Origin: an uncultured delta proteobacterium | Lineage (GTDB): Bacteria > Desulfobacterota > BSN033 > UBA1163 | Direction of reading: 5' to 3' | Length of the DNA stretch: 64,000 bases | Assembly (NCBI GenBank): GCA_963708295.1 | Contig: CAVPSJ010000004.1 | Coordinates: 736,001-800,000, forward strand | Shown here: positions 12,702 through 22,242 of the stretch, piece by piece | How the letters are laid out: the number at the start of each line of letters is the position of its first letter | Position numbering within the stretch: position 1 is the first letter of the stretch | Notes under the pieces: generated by a model | What the model saw: only the letters and a program-made list of their open reading frames with translations | The model's database searches: none | Told to the model about the DNA's origin: nothing | Made by a program: the position numbers and the translations under genes

Positions 12702-13961
12702 ATGGATAAGATCCTTGTACGGGGAGGGGAAAGATTAATTGGCGAAGTCGAAGTGAGCGGTTCGAAGAACGCGACCCTTCCGATCTTTGTCTCATCCCTC
12801 TTGAGCGAAGGAGAGAATTTATTCAGCAACGTTCCCAAACTGAGAGATGTTCAGACCGTCATCAAGGTTCTCAAAAATCTTGGAGTCAAGGTATCGGAGG
12901 AGGGAGAGAGTTGTCGAATCGACGCCACAGAGATTTCCAACGAGGAGGCCCCGTATGAATTGGTGAAGACCATGAGGGCCGCTATTCTCGTTCTGGGCCC
13001 ATTGGTGGCCCGTATGAAAAAGGCCACCGTTTCCCTTCCGGGAGGATGTGCCATTGGTGCCCGTCCGATTAATCTTCATCTGATGGGGCTTGAGGCCATG
13101 GGAGCCGAGATCGAACTCCGCCATGGATATATCGAGGCCAAAGCGGATGTTCTGAAAGGAGCGGACATCTCCTTTGACACCGTCACCGTCACGGGCACTG
13201 AGAATCTCATGATGGCGGCCTCCCTCGCTAAAGGAAAGACCACTCTGCAGAATTCAGCCGTGGAGCCTGAAGTCGTAGACTTGGCCAACGTCCTGACCAA
13301 GATGGGCGCAAAGATCAGTGGCGCAGGGACGAGCGTGATCGAGGTGGAGGGAGTGAAGTCGCTTCATGCCGCTGAGCATCGCATCATCCCGGATCGGATT
13401 GAAGCCGGGACATTGATGGTCGCAGCCGGGCTGACGCGTGGAAATATAAAGATTCTCCATTGTCCTCTCTCCGAAATGGAAATGGTCGTCCATAAATTGA
13501 GAGAATCGGGTATGGAGATCGAGGCGGACGGGGATGGGGTGAGAGCCGTGGGCACGAAAAGAATTCGAAGCGTGGACGTCAAGACACAACCCTATCCGGG
13601 ATTTCCTACGGACATGCAAGCCCAGTTCATGGTCTTGATGTCCTTGGCAAGAGGGTTGAGTGTTATTTCTGAAACCATTTTCGAAAATCGATTCATCCAT
13701 GTGAGCGAACTCAGAAGGATGGGAGCGGATATTCGCATTCAGGGGGATTCAGCGATCATCCAGGGAGCAGAAGGTTTGAGCGGTGCGCCGGTCATGGCGA
13801 CCGATTTAAGGGCGAGTGCCTCCCTCGTCCTGGCCGGATTGGCTGCCGAGGGCTTGACGGAGATCTCGAGGGTCTATCACCTCGACCGGGGGTATGAGGG
13901 CTTAGACAAGAAATTGGCCAACCTCGGGGCGAATATCAAGAGGGTGAAAGAGGAAGACTGA
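12702..13961 (+). CDS. murA: UDP-N-acetylglucosamine 1-carboxyvinyltransferase
   Basis: [42 protein letters not shown]. Confidence 0.99.
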   Translation: MDKILVRGGERLIGEVEVSGSKNATLPIFVSSLLSEGENLFSNVPKLRDVQTVIKVLKNLGVKVSEEGESCRIDATEISNEEAPYELVKTMRAAILVLGPLVARMKKATVSLPGGCAIGARPINLHLMGLEAMGAEIELRHGYIEAKADVLKGADISFDTVTVTGTENLMMAASLAKGKTTLQNSAVEPEVVDLANVLTKMGAKISGAGTSVIEVEGVKSLHAAEHRIIPDRIEAGTLMVAAGLTRGNIKILHCPLSEMEMVVHKLRESGMEIEADGDGVRAVGTKRIRSVDVKTQPYPGFPTDMQAQFMVLMSLARGLSVISETIFENRFIHVSELRRMGADIRIQGDSAIIQGAEGLSGAPVMATDLRASASLVLAGLAAEGLTEISRVYHLDRGYEGLDKKLANLGANIKRVKEED

Positions 13962-14023
13962 GGTTTCGGGTTGGCGATTGCGGGTTAAGGAACGAAAAAC
14001 AGGCCGTGCAAAGAGGCTCTTTC

Positions 14024-15322
14024 ATGAAGATTCTTCGAGCGGGGGAAAAAGAATTCGAGCGATACCTCTCCGAGGTGGAGGGAAGAGGGGCGCAGGATGT
14101 CTTTCGCTTTGAGAGGAAAGTTCGTTTCATCTTGAAGGATGTGAAGAAAAGAGGAGATGAAGCTCTCGTTCATTACACCCAGGTCTTCGACGGCTTAAGA
14201 TTTCCAACTCATCGGCTTCATGTGAAAAAGGACGAGGTGAAAGGGGCTTACAGGAAGGTTCATCCGGATCTTTTGGGAACCCTCAAAAAGGCAGCTCAGC
14301 GCATTGAAAAGTTTCACCGCCTTCAGAGCAAGAGATTAATCCTGTCATTGAAGGGAGAGGAGAAAGGGATCCGCCTGGAGCAGGTGTTGCGGCCGTTAGA
14401 CAGGGTGGGTATCTACGTCCCGGGCGGAAAAGCCTCGTATCCCTCGACCGTTCTGATGGCTGCCATCCCCGCAAAGGCGGCGGGGGTTAAGGAAGTTGTC
14501 ATGGTCACTCCCCCTCAGAGAGAAGGGATCAATCCTGCCGTCCTGGTCGCAGCGGATTTAGCAGGGGTGGATCGAATCTTTCGGGTAGGAGGCGTCCAGG
14601 CCATCGCCGCTCTCGCCTACGGGACGAAATCGGTTCCCAAGGTAGACAAGATTGTGGGTCCAGGAAACCAATACGTGGCGACAGCCAAAAGATTGGTCTA
14701 TGGAGAAGTCGACATCGATATGGTGGCTGGACCGAGCGAGATTGTGATCGTCTCCGACGATAGGACGCCTCCATCCTTTGCAGCGGCAGACCTCCTCTCC
14801 CAGGCCGAACATGATGAAATGGCATTGGCCATTTTGATAACGAATTCTGAGGCATTTGGGAGGACCGTCGATCAGGAGCTGAGGAGACAACTTTCCTCTC
14901 TGAAGCGAAGAAAGGTTGCCTCTAAAAGCCTTCATCGAAGAGGGGCCGTTCTCATCGTCAAGAGTCTCGCCCAGGCAATGGTCTTGGTGAACCGGATTGC
15001 CCCGGAGCATTTGGAGCTTCTTGTTTCGAGACCTTTCTCTCTGATAAAGGATGTAAGACACGCAGGTGCCGTTTTTCTTGGGCTCTATACTCCTGAGGCG
15101 ATTGGAGATTATATGGCGGGGCCGAATCATATTCTTCCAACTGCGGGCACAGCGCGATTCTCTTCACCTTTGGGTGTGGAGGATTTTATCAAAAGGACCA
15201 ACGTGGTGAGTTTCACGCAGAGCGCATTGGGGCGGTTTGAGAAGGACGTGGAGAGATTTTCAGAGTGGGAAGGCTTGGAAGGACACGCTCATGCGGTTCA
15301 AATGAGAATGAAGAAGTCTTGA
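14024..15322 (+). CDS. hisD: Histidinol dehydrogenase
   Basis: GIYVPGG, GPGNQYV, DMVAGPSE, SQAEHD, APEHL, GPNHILPT, EGLEGH; ATG start chosen over GTG at 14006. Confidence 0.98.
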   Translation: MKILRAGEKEFERYLSEVEGRGAQDVFRFERKVRFILKDVKKRGDEALVHYTQVFDGLRFPTHRLHVKKDEVKGAYRKVHPDLLGTLKKAAQRIEKFHRLQSKRLILSLKGEEKGIRLEQVLRPLDRVGIYVPGGKASYPSTVLMAAIPAKAAGVKEVVMVTPPQREGINPAVLVAADLAGVDRIFRVGGVQAIAALAYGTKSVPKVDKIVGPGNQYVATAKRLVYGEVDIDMVAGPSEIVIVSDDRTPPSFAAADLLSQAEHDEMALAILITNSEAFGRTVDQELRRQLSSLKRRKVASKSLHRRGAVLIVKSLAQAMVLVNRIAPEHLELLVSRPFSLIKDVRHAGAVFLGLYTPEAIGDYMAGPNHILPTAGTARFSSPLGVEDFIKRTNVVSFTQSALGRFEKDVERFSEWEGLEGHAHAVQMRMKKS

Positions 15323-15375
15323 GGGATGACGATCAGGGCAGGGGGATTGAGTAAACGTTTCCGAGGGGGGGAGAA

Positions 15376-15972
15376 ATGATGAAGAAACATCGCAAGGCAG
15401 AAGTTCAGCGGAAGACAAAGGAGACAGCGGTGGGTTTAAAACTAAATCTGGATGGAAGCGGAAAACACTCGATCGTCACCGGAATTCCCTTCTTTGATCA
15501 TATGCTTAGTCTCCTTGCCTATCACAGCCGTCTGGATCTCTCCATCAAGGCAAAGGGCGATATCGCTGTAGATGCACACCATACGGTGGAAGATGTGGGA
15601 ATCTGTCTCGGGGATGGAATCCGAAAGGCCCTAGGAGACGCGAAGGGAATCCAGAGATACGGAATGGCCATGATTCCGATGGACGAGACTCTGGTCTCCG
15701 TTGCCTTGGATTTCTCGATGAGGCCCTGGCTGGTTTTTCAGATGAAGCTGAGAAAATCGAAAATCGGGACCTTTGACACCGAGTTAGTGGAGGAGTTCTT
15801 CAAGGCTCTTTGCAACCACGCGAGGATGACTCTTCACATCAATCTCCTTTACGGCAAAAACAGCCATCACATGGTAGAGGCTGTATTCAAAGGGTTTGGA
15901 AGAGCATTGAAAGAGGCGGTCTCTGTGGACGAACGGGCCTCTCAAGTTCCTTCGACGAAAGGAATTTTATAG
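15376..15972 (+). CDS. hisB: Imidazoleglycerol-phosphate dehydratase
   Basis: RKTKET, FFDHML, DAHHTVED, NSHHMVEA, PSTKG. Confidence 0.98.
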   Translation: MMKKHRKAEVQRKTKETAVGLKLNLDGSGKHSIVTGIPFFDHMLSLLAYHSRLDLSIKAKGDIAVDAHHTVEDVGICLGDGIRKALGDAKGIQRYGMAMIPMDETLVSVALDFSMRPWLVFQMKLRKSKIGTFDTELVEEFFKALCNHARMTLHINLLYGKNSHHMVEAVFKGFGRALKEAVSVDERASQVPSTKGIL

Positions 15973-16052
15973 TGCGGAATTCGCCTGCTGCGGCAGGCAG
16001 GGAGTGCGGATTTCGCAATTCATTCCGCACTCCGCACTCTACATGCCGCAAT
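15971..16052. repeat. 7-mer periodic hairpin with a nested CCTGC..GCAGG palindrome
   Basis: AGTGCGG-type units facing ATTCCGC/ACTCCGC units; nested element at 15982-16001. Confidence 0.7.
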
Positions 16053-16062
16053 CGGAAAAGCG

Positions 16063-16680
16063 ATGACTCCAAAGATCGTGATCGTTGATTATGGGATGGG
16101 AAATCTTCGAAATGTTCAGAAGGCTTTTGAGAAGATTGGGTTTGAAGCCAGATTGACCCGTAATAAAAGCGAGATCAGAAGGGCTTCAGCCGTTGTCCTT
16201 CCGGGGGTAGGAGCGTTTAAGGATTGTATGGAGAATCTGGAGAAATACGGGCTGGTTGAAATCTTGCACCGATCCGTAGAGAAAGGAATCCCCTATTTAG
16301 GCATCTGCCTGGGTCTCCAAGTTCTTTTTTCTGAAAGCGAAGAATTCGGATCCCACAAGGGTTTGGATCTGATCAAAGGGAAGGTCGTCAGATTTGAACC
16401 CGACCCGGAGCATAAGGTTCCCCATATGGGCTGGAATACGATTGAGAAGGTGAATGAGGTTCCCATGCTTCAGGGAGTAGAGAATGGTGATTTTTTCTAT
16501 TTTGTTCACTCCTATTATGTCATTCCGGACAAGGCAGACTGGATTTCGTCTTTCACGACCTTCGGCAAACCCTTTGTCTCCAGCATCTGGAAGGAAAACC
16601 TTTTTGCCACACAATTCCACCCGGAGAAGAGTCAACAAAAGGGGTTGAGGATATTGGAGAACTTTGTAAAGTCAATTTGA
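16063..16680 (+). CDS. hisH: Imidazole glycerol phosphate synthase, glutaminase subunit
   Basis: DYGMGN, LPGVGAF, GICLG, VPHMGWN, YFVHSY, QFHPEKS. Confidence 0.98.
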   Translation: MTPKIVIVDYGMGNLRNVQKAFEKIGFEARLTRNKSEIRRASAVVLPGVGAFKDCMENLEKYGLVEILHRSVEKGIPYLGICLGLQVLFSESEEFGSHKGLDLIKGKVVRFEPDPEHKVPHMGWNTIEKVNEVPMLQGVENGDFFYFVHSYYVIPDKADWISSFTTFGKPFVSSIWKENLFATQFHPEKSQQKGLRILENFVKSI

Positions 16681-16751
16681 AGGCTGAAAGCTCAAAGCTG
16701 AAAGTTGAAAGGATTTTGCTTTGAGCCTTAAGCTTTGACTCTTGAGCTTGA
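16678..16751. repeat. 7-mer periodic hairpin
   Basis: TGAAGGC TGAAAGC TCAAAGC TGAAAGT TGAAAGG followed by complementary CTTTGAG CCTTAAG CTTTGAC TCTTGAG. Confidence 0.75.
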
Positions 16752-16777
16752 TATGGATGAACAGGAAGGAGCGGTCA

Positions 16778-17611
16778 ATGAATGAAGTCAAGGTGGGAGA
16801 GATTCGTATTGGAAAAGGAAACCCTTTAGCGTTGATTGCAGGCCCCTGTGTGATCGAGAGCGAGGAAAACGCTCTTGAGGTGGCGAAGGAGATGAAGAAG
16901 ATCTGTTCAAACCTCAAGATCTCTTACATCTTTAAGGCCTCTTACGAGAAAGACAATCGGGGCTCGGAGAAGTCGTACTCAGGACCCGGGCTGAAAGAAG
17001 GTCTCAGGATACTTGCCAAGGTCAAGGGGGAGGTCGGCATCCCGGTTCTCTCCGATATCCATCGGGCAGAGGATGTGGATTCAGCCAAAGCAGTCCTTGA
17101 TATTCTCCAGGTCCCTGCCTTTCTCTGTCAGCAGACGAGCCTCCTTCTCAAGGTAGGGGCGACAGGCAAAGTGGTCAACGTTAAGAAGGGGCAATTCATA
17201 GCACCTGAAAATATGGCAGGAGCGGTCAAGAAGATTCAGAGCACAGGGAATGATCAGATCCTTCTCACGGAGAGAGGAACCTGTTTCGGCTATAACAAAT
17301 TGATTTCGGACATCTGTTCTATCCCGGTCATGCAGGAGATTGGCTGCCCGGTGATCTTCGATGCGACCCATGTTATCAGAAATTATGGTATCCCGAGTGA
17401 GGACCCACGAGGAGGAAGTCCTCAATATGTCCCCCATCTTTCCAGAGCCGCTGTGGCCGCGGGCTGCAATGGCCTTTTCCTCGAGACCCATCCCGAACCG
17501 GGTCGAGCGCTCTGCGATGCCTCTAGCATGCTTCCCCTTCGCGAGATGGAGAATCTTCTTCGCCAGACCAAATCCATTCATGATATGATGAGGACATGGG
17601 GGGTTGTCTAA
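16778..17611 (+). CDS. KDO8P synthase (KdsA)-family PEP aldolase with a divergent substrate loop
   Basis: IAGPCVIES, VNVKKGQF, LTERG, FDATH, ETHP; has KASYEKDNRGS where KdsA has KANRS. Confidence 0.85.
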   Translation: MNEVKVGEIRIGKGNPLALIAGPCVIESEENALEVAKEMKKICSNLKISYIFKASYEKDNRGSEKSYSGPGLKEGLRILAKVKGEVGIPVLSDIHRAEDVDSAKAVLDILQVPAFLCQQTSLLLKVGATGKVVNVKKGQFIAPENMAGAVKKIQSTGNDQILLTERGTCFGYNKLISDICSIPVMQEIGCPVIFDATHVIRNYGIPSEDPRGGSPQYVPHLSRAAVAAGCNGLFLETHPEPGRALCDASSMLPLREMENLLRQTKSIHDMMRTWGVV

Positions 17612-17642
17612 TTTCAGAATGCGGATTGCGAATGAAGAACAT

Positions 17643-17770
17643 AAATTCGAAGCACGAAATCCGAAACAAATTCGAATGACCGAAATTCAAATCTCAATAA
17701 ATAAGTTTGTATCATTTGGTTATTTGGATTTAGGATTTGTTTCGGATTTCGAGATTCGTATTTCGAATTT
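17643..17770. repeat. AT-rich 7-mer periodic long hairpin
   Basis: Left arm AAATTCG AAGCACG AAATCCG AAACAAATTC pairs with right arm GATTTGTTTCGGATTTCG..TTTCGAATTT. Confidence 0.85.
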
Positions 17771-17791
17771 TACAATGGAGAGGAGGACTTC

Positions 17792-18445
17792 ATGAAAATC
17801 TTCATCGATACGGCGAATCTCAATGAGATCAGGAAGGCAAAAGCAATGGGTCTGGTCGATGGCGTGACGACCAATCCCACCCTTCTCGCGAAAGAAGGAG
17901 AGGAAACGGAGAAGCTGATCCGCAAAATCTGGCAAGAGGTGAGAGGCCCTGTGAACGTGGAGGTAGTTGGCACCACCTGTGAGGAGATGGTGAAAGAGGC
18001 AAAAACCATGGCCGCCTGGGGAGATGAGATCGTCATCAAAATTCCCATCACTCCGGAGGGGTTGAAAACCGTCAAGATTCTTTCCTCGGAGGGCATCCGC
18101 ACCAATGTCACACTTCTCTTTTCCGCGAGCCAAGCCATTTTGGCGGCAAAAGCCGGGGCGACTTATGTCTGTCCTTTCTTGGGAAGACTCGACGATATTA
18201 GTGCCAACGGACTGGAGCTGATCCGACAAATCAGAGGAATCTATGAAAACTATCCGGACATCGGGACCCGGATTATCGTCGCAAGCGTCCGTCATCCCAT
18301 TCACGTCATCGAATCCGGAATGATGGGGGCAGAAATTGTAACCATCCCGCCTGCCATCATCGAACAGATGGTGAAACATCCGCTGACCGATAAAGGGATT
18401 GCACAATTTTTAGAAGACTCCAAGAAGATAGGCGCGAAGAAATGA
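17792..18445 (+). CDS. Short transaldolase (TalC/Fsa family)
   Basis: IFIDTA, GVTTNPT, Schiff-base Lys in IVIKIP, NVEV and PFLGRLDD (transaldolase-type Glu/Phe), HPLTD. Confidence 0.92.
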   Translation: MKIFIDTANLNEIRKAKAMGLVDGVTTNPTLLAKEGEETEKLIRKIWQEVRGPVNVEVVGTTCEEMVKEAKTMAAWGDEIVIKIPITPEGLKTVKILSSEGIRTNVTLLFSASQAILAAKAGATYVCPFLGRLDDISANGLELIRQIRGIYENYPDIGTRIIVASVRHPIHVIESGMMGAEIVTIPPAIIEQMVKHPLTDKGIAQFLEDSKKIGAKK

Positions 18446-18585
18446 ACCTCTGGACTCTCCGGGAGGAAGGTCGGAGCCACTGGAGGCTGAAGAGCCTTCC
18501 TTTCGTGCCCTCGTGCTAATCAAGAGGGTATTCACGAAATCAAGGGGGTGAAGAGGAAGGACAACGTATCCAAAGGAGGGTGGAT

Positions 18586-19242
18586 ATGAGAAGATTCCTA
18601 CTACTGTTCCTCATGTCGGGGATGCTCTTTTCGGGGAGCGTGGAGGTCGAAGCAGAGACAAAGCCCACGCTGGCTATTCTCCCTTTTTTAATCGAGAGAA
18701 TGGATGATCCATCAAGAGGAGCCGTTTGCCCTGTTTGTCGAGGGGTCTACAAGAGCGGAAATATTCTACACGGCTCACAGCGTACCCTGACGCAGCTTCT
18801 CCAGCAGAAAATGGACATCCTGGAGACGTTCAGGATTCTTCCCTTGGAGAAGGTGGAGGATGTCTTTTCCAAGAGAGAGAGGGGGCAGTTTGAACTAAGA
18901 CCGCTTCGTTCTGCGATCCAGTTAGGAAAAGAGCTGGACGTGGATTTCATTTTCGTTGGATATCTTTTCCGTTTTGAGGAGAGGATTGGGTCCCGCATTG
19001 GCGTAGACAGACCCGCCTCGGTGGGCTTCGATGTCCACCTCCTGCGGGTCAAGGATGGGAAGAGGGTGTGGGATGGAAAGTTTGATGAGACCCAACAGGC
19101 CCTCAGCGAGAACCTTTTGAAAATGGGTTCTTTTGTCAGGAGAAAAGCTTCGTGGCTGACAGCAGAAGAACTTTCAAGCGTGGGAATGGATGAGATGCTA
19201 AAACAACTCCCCGGCGCGAAGGAACTGGAGGAAATGCCTTGA
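18586..19242 (+). CDS. Exported hypothetical protein with CxxC
   Basis: Signal-peptide-like N-terminus (MRRFLLLFLM..VEA), CPVC, AGGAGG RBS, stop overlaps the hisA start. Confidence 0.75.
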   Translation: MRRFLLLFLMSGMLFSGSVEVEAETKPTLAILPFLIERMDDPSRGAVCPVCRGVYKSGNILHGSQRTLTQLLQQKMDILETFRILPLEKVEDVFSKRERGQFELRPLRSAIQLGKELDVDFIFVGYLFRFEERIGSRIGVDRPASVGFDVHLLRVKDGKRVWDGKFDETQQALSENLLKMGSFVRRKASWLTAEELSSVGMDEMLKQLPGAKELEEMP

Positions 19243-19991
19243 TCATCATTCCTGCTGTGGACCTGAAAGAGGGGAGATGCGTCAGGCTTTCTCAAGGCAG
19301 AATGGATCAGGAATCGGTTTATTCAGACCATCCGGTGGAGATGGCCAGGCACTGGGAGTCAAAGGGGGCAGAGAGACTTCATTTGGTAGATCTGAACGGA
19401 GCCGTGATGGGAGAACCCGTTCACCGCTCTTTAATCAAAGAGATCGCCCAGTCCCTTCGGATTCCGATAGAGGTGGGCGGAGGCATTCGTAATCTCTCCA
19501 CCATCGAGGACTATCTCTCTTCAGGAGTGAGATGGGTTATTTTAGGAACAGCCGCTTTTCAAAATCGTTCGTTCGTTGAGGAGGCTTGTCGACAATTTCC
19601 TGGAAGGATAATCGTTGGAATTGATGCCAGAGGAGGAAGGGTGGCGATCCGGGGCTGGAAGGAGGTGGTCTCCTTAGACGCCGGTGACCTGGCAAAACAG
19701 TTTGAAGAGAAGGGGATCTCAGCGATCATATTTACCGATATCGAAAGAGATGGGATGAGCACAGGTTTAAACCTTGAGTCAACCCGAAGACTGTCCACGT
19801 CCACTTCGATCCCGGTAATTGCCTCGGGAGGAGTGTCCCGAATCGAGGACATTGAGCATCTCCTGGAGTTGGAATCGGAGGGAGTCGTTGGGGTGATTGT
19901 CGGTCGGGCTCTCTATACAGGGCTCCTCAAATTAGAGGAAGCCATACGAGTATCAAAATTCCCTTTGGGAAGCACCAAATCCCCTGCCTAA
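19239..19991 (+). CDS. hisA: ProFAR isomerase
   Basis: IIPAVDL, HLVDLNGA, VGGGIR, TDIERDG, ASGG, VGRALY. Confidence 0.97.
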   Translation: MIIIPAVDLKEGRCVRLSQGRMDQESVYSDHPVEMARHWESKGAERLHLVDLNGAVMGEPVHRSLIKEIAQSLRIPIEVGGGIRNLSTIEDYLSSGVRWVILGTAAFQNRSFVEEACRQFPGRIIVGIDARGGRVAIRGWKEVVSLDAGDLAKQFEEKGISAIIFTDIERDGMSTGLNLESTRRLSTSTSIPVIASGGVSRIEDIEHLLELESEGVVGVIVGRALYTGLLKLEEAIRVSKFPLGSTKSPA

Positions 19992-20131
19992 CGGCAGGCA
20001 CCAAATTCCAAATAAGCTCCAATGACCAAAATTCAAATTTCCATACCCCGCACCTTTTTCATCTCCCTATGGTCATTTGGATTTGGGGATTAGGATTTGT
20101 TTGGGATTTGGAATCTGTAATTTGGAATTTG
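19970..20131. repeat. AT-rich 7-mer periodic long hairpin with nested CCTGCCTAACGGCAGG
   Basis: AAGCACC/AAATTCC left units against ATTTGG right units; nested palindrome at 19983-19998. Confidence 0.8.
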
Positions 20132-20193
20132 AATCATTCGAACCCTGTCTGGTTTCTCCATGAAACACGGGGTTTAGGAACGTGAAGACGTAC

Positions 20194-20949
20194 ATGCTGG
20201 CGAAAAGAATTATCCCCTGTCTGGATGTGAAGAGCGGGAGGGTGGTGAAAGGGACTCAGTTCGTAGACCTGAAGGATGCCGGAGATCCGGTTCAGATTGC
20301 AAAGGTGTACGACGAACAGGGTGCGGATGAGATTGCCTTCTTAGATATTACGGCTTCGTATGAGGAGAGGGACATTCTCATTGATGTCGTCCGAAGGACA
20401 GCAGAGGAAATCTTTATCCCCCTCACCGTCGGCGGTGGTATCAGACGATTGGAGGATATCCGGAGACTTCTTAACGCTGGAGCTGATAAGATATCGATCA
20501 ATACGGCAGCCGTGAAGGATCCGCATTTCGTAGAGAGGGCCTCAAAACGTTTTGGGAGCCAATGTATTGTCATTGCTATTGATGCAAAACGAAATGGGGC
20601 AAGCTGGGAGGTTTTTACCCATGGGGGGAGAACCTCCACGGGCATCGATGCCGTCCTCTGGGCAAAGCAGATGGAGGAAATGGGGGCAGGGGAGATTTTG
20701 CTGACGAGCATGGATCGGGATGGAACCAAGGATGGCTACGACATCGAATTGACACGAACGATTTCAGAGCAGACGAGTATTCCTGTCATTGCATCAGGGG
20801 GCGTGGGTACTCTGGAGCATCTTTATGAGGGACTGACTTTCGGAAAAGCGGATGCCGTGCTCGCGGCGTCCATTTTCCATTATCGGGAATTTACCATAGG
20901 TCAGGTCAAGTCGTTCTTGAAGGAGAAGGGAGTCGTTGTTCGATTGTAA
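20194..20949 (+). CDS. hisF: Imidazole glycerol phosphate synthase, cyclase subunit
   Basis: [43 protein letters not shown]. Confidence 0.99.
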   Translation: MLAKRIIPCLDVKSGRVVKGTQFVDLKDAGDPVQIAKVYDEQGADEIAFLDITASYEERDILIDVVRRTAEEIFIPLTVGGGIRRLEDIRRLLNAGADKISINTAAVKDPHFVERASKRFGSQCIVIAIDAKRNGASWEVFTHGGRTSTGIDAVLWAKQMEEMGAGEILLTSMDRDGTKDGYDIELTRTISEQTSIPVIASGGVGTLEHLYEGLTFGKADAVLAASIFHYREFTIGQVKSFLKEKGVVVRL

Positions 20950-20951
20950 AA

Positions 20952-21060
20952 AAGGGTTCTAGGGACGAGGGTTCAAGGAGTCAAGCTTAATGAATTTCTA
21001 TTCGCTCGAACCCATGATTCCCTGCCTGCCGGCAGACAGGCTGGAATCCTTGACCCCCTC
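20952..21060. repeat. 8-mer periodic hairpin with nested CCTGCCTGCCGGCAGACAGG
   Basis: AAGGGTTC/AAGGAGTC units facing GAACCC/GAATCC/GACCCC units. Confidence 0.65.
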
Positions 21061-21068
21061 AATCAAAG

Positions 21069-21511
21069 ATGAAGCATTTCTTCCTCTTCCTTGCCACTGG
21101 CTTCGGAGTCGGATACTCTCCTGTCGCCCCAGGAACGCTGGGAACCCTCATCGCCATTCCTGTCTATTACTTTCTTTCAAATATCCCTGTCCCCGACTCT
21201 ATGAGATCACTCTTGTCGGTTTTTTCTTTCTCTCGGTTTGGATTTCAGAAAATGCCGAAAGATTCTTTGGGAAAAAAGATGATCAGAAGATAGTCATCGA
21301 CGAGATCATAGGCTTTCTCATCACGATGCTCTGGGTTCCCCGAACGCTCCTCTTCGTGATCATCGGATTTTTCCTCTTTCGGTTTTTCGACATTCTTAAA
21401 CCCTTTCCTATCCGTCGGCTCGAGAAAGGATTCAAAGGAGGATTTGGAGTTGTCCTGGACGATGTGGTCGCAGGAGTCTACGGGAATATTATTCTTCATC
21501 TGATATCCTGA
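21069..21511 (+). CDS. pgpA: Phosphatidylglycerophosphatase A (frameshift near 21190)
   Basis: GFGVGYSPVAPGTLGTL in one frame; IVIDEIIG, FRFFDILKPFPI and GGFGVVLDDVVAG in another. Confidence 0.9.
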
Positions 21512-21646
21512 TAGCGAGGGAGCTATATCCAGATTGCGAGATTACGAATTTGGTCGTGAAGTTATTCGTGATTAGGTCTTCCAATGACCGAATGGGACGG
21601 GATTGACCGGTTTATGGCGACTGAGTACCGACGGTGAGGATAAGCC

Positions 21647-22126
21647 ATGAAATTAGAGAAACTCATCGGAGATCTGTTGAGAGAAAAGGGATGGACGCTT
21701 TCCATTGCGGAGTCCTGTACCGGAGGACTCATATGCGATCGTATCACCGATGTGTCAGGGAGTTCAGACTACTTCATGGGGGGAATGGTAACCTACAGTA
21801 ACGAATCGAAAGAAAAACATTTAGGGATCCCAATGGATGATATAAGGAAATATGGAGCGGTGAGTTCCCAGGTGGCGAGGAAGATGGCGGAAGGAGTTCG
21901 GAAGACTTTCGATACGACGTTTGGGTTATCCACGACAGGGGTAGCAGGGCCAACCGGTGGAACCAAGAGATCCCCGATTGGGCTCGTTTTCATCGGATTG
22001 GCCAATCGCAAAAGGACATGGGTGATAAAACTAAATTTGGAGGGGAATCGCAGGGAGATCAAGAGGAATGCGACCAAGAAGGGGCTTCAGTTTTTCTATG
22101 AAAAAGTGGTTAACTGCAGGTTGTGA
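21647..22126 (+). CDS. CinA C-terminal domain / NMN amidohydrolase (PncC family)
   Basis: AESCTGG, GSSDYF, YGAVS, TGVAGPTGG. Confidence 0.92.
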   Translation: MKLEKLIGDLLREKGWTLSIAESCTGGLICDRITDVSGSSDYFMGGMVTYSNESKEKHLGIPMDDIRKYGAVSSQVARKMAEGVRKTFDTTFGLSTTGVAGPTGGTKRSPIGLVFIGLANRKRTWVIKLNLEGNRREIKRNATKKGLQFFYEKVVNCRL

Positions 22127-22173
22127 ATCTTTTCCTCTTGAAATTTTATTCTTTTGCCTCATAATAGATAAAA

Positions 22174-22225
22174 CTCCCTCACCCCACATCCTCCCCCGAG
22201 GGGGGAGAATAAGGGTGAGAGGGGC
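22174..22225. repeat. CCCTCACCC..CCCC/GGGG..GGGTGAGAGGG palindrome
   Basis: C-rich/G-rich hairpin; looser relatives at about 11311-11360 and 54868-54917. Confidence 0.6.
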
Positions 22226-22242
22226 GCGAGGAGGAGGTTGGA

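Noticed and set aside
17604-17795. Small ORFs across the periodic repeats (also 56620-56874 and 34262-34462)
   Set aside because: Low-complexity translations of repeat DNA with no credible RBS or domain.
15971-20131. Periodic repeats as CRISPR arrays
   Set aside because: Units are 7-8 nt, degenerate and inverted, with no unique spacers and no cas genes.
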